From: an uncultured bacterium
GTDB taxonomy: Bacteria; Bacillota; Clostridia; Christensenellales; CAG-917
Direction: 5' to 3'
Assembly: GCA_949432885.1 (NCBI GenBank)
Contig: CASQXY010000004.1
Location: 42,900-106,899, forward strand
Length of the DNA stretch: 64,000 nt
Below are positions 53,801-63,255 of the stretch, piece after piece. How positions within the stretch are numbered: position 1 is the stretch's first letter; each line of letters opens with the position of its first letter. The notes beneath the pieces were generated by a model, which did not search any database, had not been told where the DNA came from, and saw only the letters and a program-made list of their open reading frames with translations. Position numbers and translations under genes: made by a program.

Positions 53801-56800
53801 ACGCTTTGATGCAGGGTTATTACCTTGTAGTCGAAAGCGATCTATGCGGAAATGTGCAATGCTACGTTATCTATCTTGATAAAGAAACACCTACGTTATC
53901 AGCGGTTGTGACGAACGGTATGGGCGAGAAGCAGACAGTTGAATTCAATAATGAATATGTCAGTCAGAACGAGAACGTTATGCTGTATGTATCGCTTGAA
54001 ATGCAGTCTCTTATCGATAATATTGACGAGTTCTCTATGATTTGCATTACTGGACGTAAATTTGAAGATAAAGTTTTTGTTGTAGGTGACGAACTGCCTA
54101 CGCTTGCGCTCGAAAACGGTTATTATGGTCGATATACTATTAACGTTTACGACCGCAGTTTGAATTATATATCTTTTAATGTCCGAATAGCGGGCGAAGC
54201 TCCATATCTTACACATACGTCGCTTAATAATGAGATTCGTTGTACTTTTACCGTTAACTATGATACTGCCAACAACGGTATTTCTGAATTGCAAATATTC
54301 AAAGTATCGTACGATGGCGTATATTCGGAGATGTTGCAGGATAGTGACGGAAATCCTATTTCCGCGGCCACGCTTTCGTATGTGATACGTGTGGGCGGTA
54401 AATATGTCGTTCGTTTTACTGACATATTTGGACGAGTAATTGAAACAGATCCTTTGTTTTATATGAAGGGGTTGCCTTCGGGAATCCTTAAAGGTGTTAA
54501 AGAAGGTGGAATCACCAATCGAGACGTATCGTTTGAATTCTCGGAAGGGAATAACATTTATTTATATGCGTATGTCGATAAAGAGTGGATCCGTTATGAC
54601 GAAGTGCTTTCGTTGGTTGAAAAAGAAGGGTACAGCATTGCGTCTATTACGGCCAATGCAGATACGAGCTTAATTTATAAGTTCTTCCTATACGTTGAAA
54701 ATGATTTGAATTTGTTTACAGAGTACAGATTTGAAGTCGATTGCATTGCGCCGACCGTATCGATCGCGTCGGTAGACGGCAAAGCTATTACACCAGAAGA
54801 AGTGACGACGTCGTCGTTTGCCGTAAACTGGGATGAGTCCAATGTTACAGCACGATTTTACAACACGAACGATAAACTCGGACAGTTGGGAGAGAGCGTA
54901 TATCAAAAGAACACAATCATCACCAAAGCGGGGACTTATGTATTCACAGTGCGTGATGTTGTAGGCAATGAAACGATCTTTACTATTACGTTGGACAATA
55001 TGGTGTCATTTACTATTGACGGATCTTACTCAATGCTTGAAGACGGCAGTTATATTTCTAAGTATGATTTGGTTCTAACCGTAACGGAACGCACGTCGCA
55101 GTTCGTATGCACTGCGAATAACGGTATGAATATAGTAAATGGCGGAACTATCAGTGCAGACGGTTCGTATATCTTTGAAATCTCCGATGCCTTTGGTAAT
55201 TCCGTCAGATTGGTGATTATCATTGATAAATTACCGCCTGTTCCTTGTGTGCTCACTGTATCGGATAAAGTGCTTAATATGAACTCAGCGACTAATGAGG
55301 CATTCAAGGTGAGTTGCGATGAGCCAAACGTTAGTATAACTATTAAGCGTGGTGCACAGTATCAAAACTATGATACTAATGAGGTTTTGTCCGAAGAAGG
55401 TATTTATACATTCCGTATGGTAGACAGAATGAATAATGCCGTAACTTTTACTATAACGATCGATAAAAGCGTTGATTACAAAATCAACGGGACTTACTTA
55501 CAACTTGATGACGGCAGTTATATTTCTCGTTATTCCTTATCCGTAACGGGCAGGGAGAATTTCTCGTCATTTTCGGCGATAAGCGAAAGCGGAGTGTCGT
55601 TTGCATTAGGAGAGAAAATAGACGTTGAAGGAATTTACAACGTTGCAATTATTGATTATGTGGGAAATGAAACTGTCATCAAACTAATAATCGATAAAAC
55701 TCCGCCGAGCTTGAAAGTCACGGCAAAAGACGGTAGCGAAGTGCAGAGTGGAAAGACCAATCAATCATTTTCCGTTTCTTGTGATGAGCAGGGAAGCACT
55801 ATAAAAGTTGCTCGCACTTCTGGTTCGTCGGGTACGACTTATATAGGCGAAATGTTGAGCGAGCGAGGTATCTATTATTTCAGAGTTACAGATGTTATCG
55901 GGAATGAGGCAATTTATTCGGTTGAGATAGATTTGAATGTAGGCTTTAACGTAAAGGGCGTTTATAAAATCAATCAGAGCGGTGCGTATGTATCGAACAC
56001 GTCGCTTGCGATAGAATTGACAGAAAATGTCAATTCGTTCAGCGTTAGAAACGACAATGAGGAATTGAGTATTAAACCTAATGAGGAGATAACACAAGAA
56101 AACGTCTATCAAGTCCTAATTGTTGATTTGGCAGGCAATGAGCAGGAAATTACTTTGATTATTGATAAAACCGCACCGACATTTCAGATTTTTACAAAGA
56201 GCGGTGCGACAGCCGAGCCTAACCAAATTGTCAAAGAGGGCTTTTCGGTAAAGTGCGAGGAAGAAGATGCCGTTATAAAGATATCTACCAATGGCACTAA
56301 ATTTTCTATTTACGACGGCGCGCTATGTACGATAGATAATACATATTATTTTGAAATTTCCGATTTTGTCGGCAATGTCGTGGCATTTACGGTCGAGATC
56401 GATTTAGGAATTGAGTATGTAGTACGCGGAAATTATATTCGAGACGGCAATCGTTATTCATCGAGAACGAGCATCATTCTCGAAGTCAAAGAAAGTTTGT
56501 TGAATTTCGACGTGCAAAGCTCTAACGGCTATGTGTTTTCAATCGGAGATACGGTGGACAGAGAGGGGGAATATAAGATCCGCATAGTTGATTTAGCGGG
56601 CAACGTCGCAGAGGTGGAGATAATCATAGATAAAACGCCACCTATTCCGACGATTTCGTCGCTTGACGGAGTATCTATTTTGCCGAATACCGCAACGAGG
56701 TTGCCGTTTACTGTATCAAGCGAAAAGGGCGCGATTATTACATTTTCAACGTCGAGCGTAGGAAAATATGAGCAATATACAGGGACAGTATTCGAGGAAG

Positions 56801-58017
56801 AGAAAAATTACAGTTTTATCATTAGAGACTATGTCGGCAATGAAACGGCGTTCACTGTAAACCTTGACAGATCCGTCAAGTACGAAATCAAAGGCAGTTA
56901 TGTTACTGATAAAGACGGAGCCATTATATCGAGGTACGGTGTATCAGTTCAAGCGTTAGAAACCTTTGCGCGATTTACTGTAAATGACGAGGTTAATCAG
57001 AGCGTTATTTCGGGGGAACGTATAACGATTGAAGGAGAATATAAGACATTCATTGAAGATATGCAGGGCAATACGATTGCTCTTATTATCCGTATCGATA
57101 CAACAGCCCCGATTATAAGCGCTTCGATCGATAACGGCGGAATTGCTAATAAGGAAGTTCAAATCGGAATTGACGGTGCGACGAGCGCATATTATCGAGA
57201 TTCCGCAGGAAACATTATAAATATTGACGGTTCTTGTGTTATCTCAAATAACGGCTCGTATACGGTTATAGCGAAAGATTTGGTAGGCAATGAAAGCTCG
57301 TATAAGTTTTCAATCGACAGCGTGGTAGACGTGCGCACACAGCCTCTTATTAAATCTGGACAGATAATTACGGAGCAAGTAAGTTTTAGTTTTAATGAAA
57401 GGGTAACAACTGAACTTTGGTTCAACAATGAGCCGATAGAGTTTTTATCTAATTTGTCCGATGCAGGCAGTTATAGATTAAGAGCGGTAGACGAGCTTGG
57501 CAATGCTTATGAAGTTGAGTGGATCATAATCGCGCCGATTGCAAATTCTTATGATTTTGAAATCCCGAAAGACTATCAAGCACGTTTGATTAAAGATGAC
57601 AACGTTGTATCGATTTCAAATTCCGTTAAATTGAGTAAAGACGGGTTGTATACGCTTGAACTCGCAAAAGACGACTTTACATACAGTATTGAGTTTACTG
57701 TTGATACCGTTGCACCTACGGTCACAATAACACAAGAAAAAAATCAAGTCACGTTTTCAAAGGCAGATAAGGAAGGCGTTGTTTATACGCTCTATTTGAA
57801 TGGAGAGGAAATCAAGTGCTCTCCCAATTCGACGTTTACAGAGAGAGGCAATTACAGGTTAATAGTGACCGACGAGCTCGGCAATTTTAACTCTTACGAG
57901 TGGGAACTCGATTATATCAACACCTATGGAATAGTTGTGATTGTTATTGCGTCTGTGACGGTATTAGGAATTGTTATAGGTGTTCTGATTTACAGGCGAC
58001 GTCAGTCTGTCAGATAA
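50836..58017 (+). CDS. Giant surface protein with about 14 Ig-like repeats (2393 aa), N-terminal signal/TM and C-terminal TM anchor; putative mating adhesin
   Basis: RBS aggtga. The N-terminus is KVTILILFVVMIFLIVFS. There are fourteen domain-boundary motifs of the form (I/V)D(K/T)xxP(T/S). The C-terminus is GIVVIVIASVTVLGIVIGVLIYRRRQSVR. The gene lies between the T4CP and the T4SS membrane genes. Confidence 0.8.
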   Translation: MKRAIKDAGKVTILILFVVMIFLIVFSTKPIEIAYAATVITTDLKFVSASVYWYQNQKTSSGVYGGTDIIPSIPYASLRSNGTLNYHNGKYYTDNSSLTAFYNGMSNNWRGYSNGETSGANWGKISINSESAEAGQYCADKVGNYGSQAFANLVGKIELSCELKNGLNQITFKLQQGSHKVFWMKQDTATGVVDVIYDSTFPVITINGITNGYAINSNLKISVSDTYLDKITLDGNVINNNSSVSRSSLSDGVHTVVAVDYAGNVSAQTFTVDNTAPTISKSITSDYTNNTFTVTTKDEHSTGLLYKTPTSTDWISVNNDTITINKTNGDGLYQFKGVDIVGLTSEVISITLDTIRPSLTGQSDGAYTNKPFTIKAVDTNFGELYYKRPNGEFAKAEGSSYAIVAGSANGIYEFYCLDKAENRFPESGSFKVNFDTVAPTLTGVTNGAFYKDKVAVKWDKSVLFNSSDAVTAKYSLSTSGAFPTSSATAFVSGTTFNAEGNYRVSFCDKAGNEKIYTFSIDKQAPTLTLDGANSKNFSKTSMKATWLKTIGGVSAQFMNSNDSITAKYAVSNSGTFPKVADKNYLSGSVLTQEGNYLIVITDKAGNERSYQFTIDKTAPTLSLSGLVSGLSYNGSKSGFSANWVTTVGGVISQRVNDNDVITVKYSRNSTTIFPTSANTVYTRNAVLGNEGYYLLQIADSAENMSEYRIVVDKTAPTVSRISEYLNYGFDFEATDLHNATILYKFNDGQQRSDRSGKVTITCDKANYGIWEFYAEDELGNRSEKQSIHLFYRSDFGNLENVKNGYKVPTWFTVALPNKIYTDIAGTYSFRTREDALSFAIAKEWEYRVEKLANGWSYVNIGNESVSQIYTDKTALDTAVLKYATAYVSERKEMQLGNNTYPNPTDKNGQICADALTQQSLSYPGILSAYKDLPLYLIRHDFMFSQPEVGVAGNTRKVQIKYLANDFAVAESELVELAYNQKFDMFVSENALMQGYYLVVESDLCGNVQCYVIYLDKETPTLSAVVTNGMGEKQTVEFNNEYVSQNENVMLYVSLEMQSLIDNIDEFSMICITGRKFEDKVFVVGDELPTLALENGYYGRYTINVYDRSLNYISFNVRIAGEAPYLTHTSLNNEIRCTFTVNYDTANNGISELQIFKVSYDGVYSEMLQDSDGNPISAATLSYVIRVGGKYVVRFTDIFGRVIETDPLFYMKGLPSGILKGVKEGGITNRDVSFEFSEGNNIYLYAYVDKEWIRYDEVLSLVEKEGYSIASITANADTSLIYKFFLYVENDLNLFTEYRFEVDCIAPTVSIASVDGKAITPEEVTTSSFAVNWDESNVTARFYNTNDKLGQLGESVYQKNTIITKAGTYVFTVRDVVGNETIFTITLDNMVSFTIDGSYSMLEDGSYISKYDLVLTVTERTSQFVCTANNGMNIVNGGTISADGSYIFEISDAFGNSVRLVIIIDKLPPVPCVLTVSDKVLNMNSATNEAFKVSCDEPNVSITIKRGAQYQNYDTNEVLSEEGIYTFRMVDRMNNAVTFTITIDKSVDYKINGTYLQLDDGSYISRYSLSVTGRENFSSFSAISESGVSFALGEKIDVEGIYNVAIIDYVGNETVIKLIIDKTPPSLKVTAKDGSEVQSGKTNQSFSVSCDEQGSTIKVARTSGSSGTTYIGEMLSERGIYYFRVTDVIGNEAIYSVEIDLNVGFNVKGVYKINQSGAYVSNTSLAIELTENVNSFSVRNDNEELSIKPNEEITQENVYQVLIVDLAGNEQEITLIIDKTAPTFQIFTKSGATAEPNQIVKEGFSVKCEEEDAVIKISTNGTKFSIYDGALCTIDNTYYFEISDFVGNVVAFTVEIDLGIEYVVRGNYIRDGNRYSSRTSIILEVKESLLNFDVQSSNGYVFSIGDTVDREGEYKIRIVDLAGNVAEVEIIIDKTPPIPTISSLDGVSILPNTATRLPFTVSSEKGAIITFSTSSVGKYEQYTGTVFEEEKNYSFIIRDYVGNETAFTVNLDRSVKYEIKGSYVTDKDGAIISRYGVSVQALETFARFTVNDEVNQSVISGERITIEGEYKTFIEDMQGNTIALIIRIDTTAPIISASIDNGGIANKEVQIGIDGATSAYYRDSAGNIINIDGSCVISNNGSYTVIAKDLVGNESSYKFSIDSVVDVRTQPLIKSGQIITEQVSFSFNERVTTELWFNNEPIEFLSNLSDAGSYRLRAVDELGNAYEVEWIIIAPIANSYDFEIPKDYQARLIKDDNVVSISNSVKLSKDGLYTLELAKDDFTYSIEFTVDTVAPTVTITQEKNQVTFSKADKEGVVYTLYLNGEEIKCSPNSTFTERGNYRLIVTDELGNFNSYEWELDYINTYGIVVIVIASVTVLGIVIGVLIYRRRQSVR
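54739..57099 (+). repeat. Five diverged super-repeats of about 468 nt (about 156 aa, two Ig-like modules each) within the giant surface protein
   Basis: The boundary motif codons (gat-aaa/gat-tgc/gat-aca in xIDKxxP) lie at 54739, 55225, 55693, 56164, 56629 and 57097. The spacings are 486, 468, 471, 465 and 468 nt. Confidence 0.65.
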
Positions 58018-58073
58018 AACAACAGCGTTAAGCTGATTATATAGAAAAACTTTTGAGTAAAGGAGAATTTATT

Positions 58074-58370
58074 ATGTTTAATTTTATGCTCGCAGCGACG
58101 AATGAGTTTAACGAATTTGGCGAAGTATTGTCAGGTCTGTTCGACCAAATGTTTACCCCTCTGATATCGATAGCAGTTGCATTGTGCGCGATATGGGGAT
58201 TGTATCTCGGTCTTAAATTCTGGAAGAGCGGTGGTGATGAAAATAAACGCAAGGAAGCAAAGAATGCGGTATGGATGTTTGTTATCGGTATTATCGTCAT
58301 ATTCGTTGTTGCCGTTGCCGCCCCGTTACTTATCGGCGCTTTAACAAATTGGATGCAAACCCAGGGATAA
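58074..58370 (+). CDS. Small two-TM protein, VirB2/TrbC-pilin-like (98 aa)
   Basis: I placed the start at ATG 58074 (RBS aggag 58061-58065). Two hydrophobic helices are separated by the charged loop KFWKSGGDENKRKEAKN. The gene sits directly upstream of the VirB6-like and VirB4 genes. Confidence 0.45.
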   Translation: MFNFMLAATNEFNEFGEVLSGLFDQMFTPLISIAVALCAIWGLYLGLKFWKSGGDENKRKEAKNAVWMFVIGIIVIFVVAVAAPLLIGALTNWMQTQG

Positions 58371-58383
58371 AGAGGAGTAGGAA

Positions 58384-60201
58384 ATGGGTATTTTAATAAA
58401 GAAAGCATTTGCCCAACTTCTATTTTGGCTCTATGAATTTCTCGACGCCGTTTTCGAGATGTTCCAAATATTGTGTGGTATCTCACCTGTGGAATATACC
58501 GAGAACGGCGAATCGATGTCTGCGTCGATTGTTGAAGTGTTTTTGCGCAGTAGCTCAGTTACCAAGGCGTTTTTATTGCTGTTTTTAATAGCTATTGTTG
58601 TATGCGCTTTTTCGGTGATCGCTGCTGTTGTTAAAAATGTGATAAATATGAAAGGTGAGCGCAAGTCGCACGCCAAAACACTTGGGCAGGGTTTCGGATC
58701 CATTATCGTTACCTTGGTTTTGGCAGTGATAATGTTGCTCGGAATAAATGGCTCTAATGCGTTGTTGGGTAGCGTGTATGAGGCGACAATCGGCAGTAAA
58801 GAGGTGACAAGCATTTCTGCTACGCTCTTTAATATGAGCGTATCTGAATCTTATGTATATGAAGATGCACCGTCATTTAGGCAGGTACAAGCAACTGATG
58901 AATACGGTAGCCCATTGTGGGAAACGAAGGATGGTGGAACAACTACCAACATTGACGACGCTAAAAAGAAGATGAATGAAAAAGGTGAGTGGGTACCAAT
59001 CGAGGTAATCAAATTTGAGCAGTACTATAAATATAAGACCGATGAATCTGGTAATTTTATCAGGGCGTCGGGTTGGCGAAATGATTACACCGCAGCCGAT
59101 CTTGATTTCAGCAAAAATACAGTCAATCAGGTTTTTGGCGTACGCAATAAAAATATGTTGGGATTTGAAGAAGCAGATAGGGGATATAGATCTCAGCCAA
59201 TGGTGGATATTGACAGCTTTAATATCTTTACTGCTTATTTTGTCGTTATACTTGTGATAGTTGCGATTGTCTGGTCTATGCTCGGACTCGTAAAGCGCGT
59301 TTTTGATCTCGTAATGCTTTTCATAATGTTACCGCTTATTAGTGCGACCATTCCTCTTGATGACGGCGCACGTTTGAAAACGTGGCGCGATACCGTTATT
59401 TCGAAGGTTATACTTGCTTACGGAGCTGTTATTTCCGTGAACATCTTCATTTTGCTTGTTCCGATGATTAACGGTATGAATTTAGGATTGCCTTCCGCGT
59501 TTTCTGAAAATCTTTTCAAAATGTTTATGCTAATAGGCGGTGCACTGTGCATTAACGGTGGGCAACTGCTTATTTCGCGTATATTCGGAACATCGGCAGA
59601 GGAGAGCAGAGAAATGGCGCAGTCCGCACGTGCGCTTGTTGGTGGATTAGCCGCCGCGGGTGGGCTTGCTCACTCGGTTAAAAACGGTTTAATCGGCGGT
59701 AAAAACAAATATGGAGTTGAAAGAAAGGGTTTATGGAAAGGTGGCAGACAATTAGCAGGAAAGGCCACAAATTTAGCAGGCAATTTACTCGGTGGCCAGG
59801 CTTATCGCTCTTTTGCAAGCAAAGCGATGGGAGTTGTTGGCGGTGTAAAGAATGCCATATCTGGTGCTACATCGTATAATCGTCCGTCACCCACAGTTAG
59901 TGCTGTTGCTGGGCACGCCTCGCAACCATCAAAGTTAGGTTCGATAAATTCGGCGTTGTCGGGTGGAAGCTCTGAGGGAGCGAAGACGGTTGCAAATGCA
60001 AAAGCGGATACGTCTAATAATAACGCAAATCAATCTGTTGCTAAACCCCCAAGCATAATAAAGAATGGAATAATTGGAGCAGTCGCAGGGAGAGTTAGGC
60101 TTGCTCGTGAAAATTCACAGTTCCAAAATGGTGGTAGGAACGGGCGGATTTTGAAACCAATAAAACCAAGTAGCGGAGCATTTAAGCCCCCGAAGAAGTG
60201 A
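58384..60201 (+). CDS. Polytopic membrane protein, VirB6/TrbL-like (605 aa) with Gly/Ala/Ser-rich C-terminal tail
   Basis: RBS agaggag. Multiple TM helices flank a roughly 130-aa extracytoplasmic loop. The call rests on its position between the pilin-like gene and VirB4. Confidence 0.55.
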   Translation: MGILIKKAFAQLLFWLYEFLDAVFEMFQILCGISPVEYTENGESMSASIVEVFLRSSSVTKAFLLLFLIAIVVCAFSVIAAVVKNVINMKGERKSHAKTLGQGFGSIIVTLVLAVIMLLGINGSNALLGSVYEATIGSKEVTSISATLFNMSVSESYVYEDAPSFRQVQATDEYGSPLWETKDGGTTTNIDDAKKKMNEKGEWVPIEVIKFEQYYKYKTDESGNFIRASGWRNDYTAADLDFSKNTVNQVFGVRNKNMLGFEEADRGYRSQPMVDIDSFNIFTAYFVVILVIVAIVWSMLGLVKRVFDLVMLFIMLPLISATIPLDDGARLKTWRDTVISKVILAYGAVISVNIFILLVPMINGMNLGLPSAFSENLFKMFMLIGGALCINGGQLLISRIFGTSAEESREMAQSARALVGGLAAAGGLAHSVKNGLIGGKNKYGVERKGLWKGGRQLAGKATNLAGNLLGGQAYRSFASKAMGVVGGVKNAISGATSYNRPSPTVSAVAGHASQPSKLGSINSALSGGSSEGAKTVANAKADTSNNNANQSVAKPPSIIKNGIIGAVAGRVRLARENSQFQNGGRNGRILKPIKPSSGAFKPPKK

Positions 60202-60209
60202 GGTGAGGT

Positions 60210-62897
60210 ATGAGAATAATTCCTAAAAAATCAAAGGTCAATCCTACGGTGTGGCGTGACTTTACTTTGTTTGATATCTTATTTGCGTTCTGTCTTGGTA
60301 TTATCGCTTTTATTATCGGAATGAGCAATTTCAAATACAAGTGGCCATTGTTGCTCGTTTATGTAAGCGTATCCATTATGCTGTTTTTATCGGATAATGG
60401 TGAACGTATGTATCAAGACTTAATCTACATACTTCGATTTGTGGTTTCAAAGAAAAAATACACAAAAGAAGATAAACGCAACAATATCAGCGTTCTCATT
60501 CCGTTTAACAGTATAGAAGCGGACGGAGTTGTAAATTATGGAGATTATCTTGGTGCTATTATTTCGATTGGCAGCGTAGAATTTGGGTTGCTTGACGAAA
60601 TAGAACAGGATCGCAGAATATCTGTATTTGCCTCGATGTTAAATGGTTTGGGTGAGAACTTTGTAGCACAGCTCGTTAAGCTCGACAGACCGATAAACTA
60701 TGATGACGTTGCGAGCAGGCTGTTTAGCAAGCTCAAAGCGGCGCAAGATTCAAAAGATGAAGCGAGGATTGAAATTCTTAAAAGTAGACTAAATCAAATA
60801 GACAGCCTTAATAATGTTGCCAAGCAATATCGACCTTATTATTATTTTGTTATTTTTGATCTCGATAATGACAAAGAATCTCTTTTGAAACAGGTCGATT
60901 TTATTCGTGCGAGTTTGGATAGGGCGGGATTGCCGACATCGATGCTCGATCAAAAAGAAGTGGCAGTGTTCTTTAAGTATTGTTATAAACGCGATTTTGA
61001 TGAGCGAGACATAGACGAGGTTGATGATTTAGCAGAATATGTTAAGCCGAATGCTATTAGGTTTAAGCAAAATGCTTGCCTATGCGACGACGTCTATTCG
61101 TTTACGTGCGCCATTTCAGATTATCCTCTTGGTGTTGGCAATGCCTGGGGTGCAGGTATCTTTAATATCGACAACACAAAAGCAATACTTACTATTAAAC
61201 CAGTTGAAAAGGACAAAGCGATTAAGCGTATAGATAAGGCGGTCGTAGAACTTAGTACTCGCCACGGTAGCGGAAAGATATCAGAAGCCATATCGCAGGA
61301 AACGCACGTCGAAACAATGGCAGAGCTCGCGCAACAATTACAAAATGAAAATGAGCTTTTATTTGACTGCTGTATTACAATTACTGGATATAACAATACA
61401 CCTGAAAAGGACTCGGCGTTCCGAAAGAATATAAGAAGACAGATACAGTCCAACGGATTTAAGGTAAATATGCTACGTTGCCGTCAGTTTGACGGATTCG
61501 CAACGTCGAGTATCTCGCGCCGTATGGCGTTGCGTAGCCAGGAGATAGGCATTAACTCCGAGAGCCTTGCGGCGATATTTCCTTTTGTTTTTACGTCGAT
61601 AATTGAGCCTGACGGAATGACTATTGGATACGAGTTTTATCCAGTGGTTTTAGACATTTGGAAGCGTGGGGCGCAATACATAAATTCAAACATTGTTGTT
61701 TTAGGCAAATCTGGATCGGGTAAATCGTTTTTTGCAAAGACGTTGATTTCTCTTGTGTATTCCGATAACTCGAAAATTTTTATACTTGATCCAGAAAACG
61801 AGTATCTACATTTATGTCGGAATGTCGGTGGTCGATTTATCGACGTCGGAAACGCTACGGAAGGGCGTCTTAATCCGTTACATATTTATCAGATCTTGAC
61901 CGATGACGGAAATACGGCAAGTTCGGAAGCCGTATTTAGTGCACATTTAAGATTTTTGGAGAGTTTTTTTGCAATAACGTTAAAGGGAATAACGTCCGAT
62001 GCGCTTGAAGAACTCAATAATTTATTAGGCAAGCTCTATAAGAAGAAAGGTATCGATGAGACGACGGACTGTTCAAAGTTCGCGCCAGAAATGTTCCCCA
62101 CGTTTGACGATTTGAGTGAACTTGTCGAAGAGGAATTTGAATCGGAGACGTCGCCGATGCGCAAGGATAACCTTGATCGGGTGCGAACGTACGTTGCCAA
62201 GTTTGGAAGCGGTGGTAGATTTTCCAACTTATGGAATGGCCCGTCAACGTTGACGACGGACGAGCGTATGATTGTTTTCAATTTTCAGTCGTTGTTTGCA
62301 GCCAAGAATAATACTGTTGCAAATGCGCAAATGCTACTTGTTACTCGATATCTCGACCAACAGATAATAAACATCAGAGAGCAAAACCGTCATCTCGATA
62401 TTCCTGTACACCCGTTTCTTGTTTTTGATGAGGGTTATATGTTCGTTGATGAAGACAACCCGATTGCACTGGACTTCATATTCTTAGAATATAAACGTAT
62501 TAGAAAATATGAGGGCAGTATTGCTTTGTTAACTCAAAACTTATCTGATTTAGTGGGCAATTCAGCGATCGTTCAGAAGACGACGGCAATTATCAATAAT
62601 GCGCAATACTCGTTTATATTTTCGCTCGCTCCGGGAGATTTGCAAATCTTAACCGATCTATATCGCAATGCAGGTGAAATTAACGACGTGGAACGCAATC
62701 AGATTGCGACGGCAATGAATGGGCAGTGCTTTGCAATAAGCTCGATAAGCGAGCGCACGAGCTTTCAAGTAGTGGCGAGCGACGCAGTATATACATTATT
62801 CGATATTCCGAACGGTATGAAACTGATAAAAGAAGGGACACCTATTAGTCCCGAAAATAAACACAAAAAAGAAAAGGAGAATGAACAAAATGATTAA
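60210..62897 (+). CDS. VirB4-type conjugative ATPase with N-terminal TM hairpin (VirB3-like fusion)
   Basis: Two N-terminal TM helices, Walker A VVLGKSGSGKSFFAKT, Walker B FLVFDEGYMF. 895 aa. Confidence 0.85.
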   Translation: MRIIPKKSKVNPTVWRDFTLFDILFAFCLGIIAFIIGMSNFKYKWPLLLVYVSVSIMLFLSDNGERMYQDLIYILRFVVSKKKYTKEDKRNNISVLIPFNSIEADGVVNYGDYLGAIISIGSVEFGLLDEIEQDRRISVFASMLNGLGENFVAQLVKLDRPINYDDVASRLFSKLKAAQDSKDEARIEILKSRLNQIDSLNNVAKQYRPYYYFVIFDLDNDKESLLKQVDFIRASLDRAGLPTSMLDQKEVAVFFKYCYKRDFDERDIDEVDDLAEYVKPNAIRFKQNACLCDDVYSFTCAISDYPLGVGNAWGAGIFNIDNTKAILTIKPVEKDKAIKRIDKAVVELSTRHGSGKISEAISQETHVETMAELAQQLQNENELLFDCCITITGYNNTPEKDSAFRKNIRRQIQSNGFKVNMLRCRQFDGFATSSISRRMALRSQEIGINSESLAAIFPFVFTSIIEPDGMTIGYEFYPVVLDIWKRGAQYINSNIVVLGKSGSGKSFFAKTLISLVYSDNSKIFILDPENEYLHLCRNVGGRFIDVGNATEGRLNPLHIYQILTDDGNTASSEAVFSAHLRFLESFFAITLKGITSDALEELNNLLGKLYKKKGIDETTDCSKFAPEMFPTFDDLSELVEEEFESETSPMRKDNLDRVRTYVAKFGSGGRFSNLWNGPSTLTTDERMIVFNFQSLFAAKNNTVANAQMLLVTRYLDQQIINIREQNRHLDIPVHPFLVFDEGYMFVDEDNPIALDFIFLEYKRIRKYEGSIALLTQNLSDLVGNSAIVQKTTAIINNAQYSFIFSLAPGDLQILTDLYRNAGEINDVERNQIATAMNGQCFAISSISERTSFQVVASDAVYTLFDIPNGMKLIKEGTPISPENKHKKEKENEQND

Positions 62898-63210
62898 AGC
62901 ATTTATTCAAGGTAACTTGACAAACGACGTTGAATTGAAGACGGTCGGAGACAATGAAAAGTCCGTGGCAATATTCACGGTGGCGTCAAATCGCCCAGGG
63001 CGTGATGGTGCAGATTATCTGCGCGTAGAGGTATGGGGAGCAAATGCTAAGAACTGCGCTAAATATCTGAAAAAGGGCAGTGGTGTTTGCTGTGCAGGCG
63101 ATTTGCAAATTGATACCTTTACAAAAGACGATGAACGTAAAATTGCCGTAAAGCTCGTAAATACGCAAGTTGAATTTACCGATCGCAAACCGCAAAGCAT
63201 TATAGAGTAA
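62890..63210 (+). CDS. ssb: Single-stranded DNA-binding protein (short, OB fold only)
   Basis: IKAFIQGNLTNDVELKTVGDNEKSVAIFTVASNR...YLRVEVWGANAKNCAKYLKKGSGVCCAGDLQIDTF is an SSB OB-fold pattern. I prefer ATG 62890 (10 nt after aggag) to 62881. Confidence 0.8.
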   Translation: MIKAFIQGNLTNDVELKTVGDNEKSVAIFTVASNRPGRDGADYLRVEVWGANAKNCAKYLKKGSGVCCAGDLQIDTFTKDDERKIAVKLVNTQVEFTDRKPQSIIE

Positions 63211-63216
63211 AGGATC

Positions 63217-63252
63217 TGCACGTCAGTGTATTTCATTGACGTGCAAATTTTT
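63217..63252 (+). terminator. Intrinsic terminator after ssb
   Basis: tgcacgtca (63217-63225) pairs with tgacgtgca (63237-63245), followed by aattttt. Confidence 0.7.
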
Positions 63253-63255
63253 AAC

